Shown here: positions 19,389 through 20,000 of the stretch, one piece after another
How positions within the stretch are numbered: position 1 is the stretch's first letter
Layout of the letters: each line of letters starts with the position of its first letter
From: Chiloscyllium plagiosum
Taxonomy: Eukaryota
Assembly: GCF_004010195.1 (NCBI RefSeq)
Contig: NC_057719.1
Location: 73,748,042-73,768,041, forward strand
Length of the DNA: 20,000 bases
Direction: 5' to 3'
Program-made: the position numbers and the translations under genes
Notes under the pieces: generated by a model
Database searches by the model: none
What the model was told of the DNA's origin: nothing
Seen by the model: the letters and a program-made list of their open reading frames with translations, nothing else

Positions 19389-20000
19389 CTGTCAGGAACA
19401 AGTTGAAGCTTTTGGAAGCAGAGACTGATGACACTGCCAGTTCGCAAGGCGGCCAAGTTTGTCAATCAAAAGTTGCCGCAGAGGCAGAGCAGCAGAGTCA
19501 GACATCGCACAGAGCCGTGGTAATAGGGGACTCCATCGTGAGAGGGACTGACCGGGGTTTTTGTGGCAGCAGACGGGATTTAAGGATGGTGTGTTGCCTT
19601 CCTGGTGCTAGAGTGAAAGACATCGCGGACAGAGTGCAGGAAATCCTCAAGGATGAGGGTGAAGAGCCAGAGGTGGTGGTACATGTCGGCACAAATGATG
19701 TCGGGAAAAAGAGGAGGAACATACTACAGCGAGACTTCGGAGAACTAGGAAGAAGGCTGAAAAGCAGGACGTCCAAGGTGGTTATCTCCGGTTTGCTTCC
19801 AGTTCCTCGGGCTAGTGTGGCCAGAAACAGGGAGATAATGGACTTGAACATGTGGTTGGGGAACTGGTGCAGGAAGCAAGGATTTAAGTTCTTGGATCAC
19901 TGGGGTAATTTTTGTGATAAACATAAATTCTACAAGAGAGACGGCTTGCACCTAAATAGGTTAGGGACCAGAATTCTGGCAGGCAGGTTTGCTACTGCAA
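19389..20000 (+). mobile_element. Young CR1 LINE, starting within ORF1 (SGNH/GDSL esterase domain) and running off the window
   Basis: Manual translation of a stop-free frame: VRNKLKLLEAETDD...RAVVIGDSIVRGTDRGFCGSRRDLRMVCCLPGARVKDI...PEVVVHVGTNDVG...VVISGLLPVPR...LNMWLGNWCRKQGFKFLDHW...YKRDGLHLNRLG. All four SGNH blocks are present. It is absent from the ORF track because it has no stop in the window. Confidence 0.92.

Noticed and set aside
19498..19951. Minus-strand ORFs of 117 and 68 aa
   Set aside because: Shadows of the plus-strand CR1 ORF1 esterase frame.
1..20000. CRISPR array, operon or prokaryotic defence system
   Set aside because: No regularly spaced repeats (the 37-bp repeat occurs only twice) and no gene-dense structure; the sequence is vertebrate repeat-rich DNA.

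Overview
Repeat-rich, non-coding vertebrate DNA, probably intronic or intergenic. The repeat content (HE1-type V-SINEs, CR1/HER1-type LINEs, Penelope-like elements) points to a cartilaginous fish, most likely a shark; this is an inference from recalled consensus sequences, not a search. No host protein-coding gene can be identified, and nearly all short ORFs in the track are spurious or transposon-derived. Contents: (1) several CR1 LINE fragments of different ages, including a young copy at the right edge with an intact SGNH-esterase ORF1 frame that the ORF track misses; (2) a young 5'-truncated Penelope-like element with a GIY-YIG endonuclease, a 14-bp target-site duplication (TSD) and a minimal hammerhead ribozyme at its 3' end; (3) a family of short non-coding elements with hammerhead-like cores, one forming a ~190-bp hairpin; (4) a TA-flanked pogo/Tigger-like non-autonomous DNA transposon; (5) tRNA-derived SINEs of three families; (6) a degenerate APE-type LINE that appears to share both its 5' head and its 3' tail with one SINE family. 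The most notable observations are the hammerhead-bearing autonomous/non-autonomous Penelope pair, the SINE-headed LINE, two insertion junctions with fold-back (template-switch) signatures, and a candidate 24-nt microexon.
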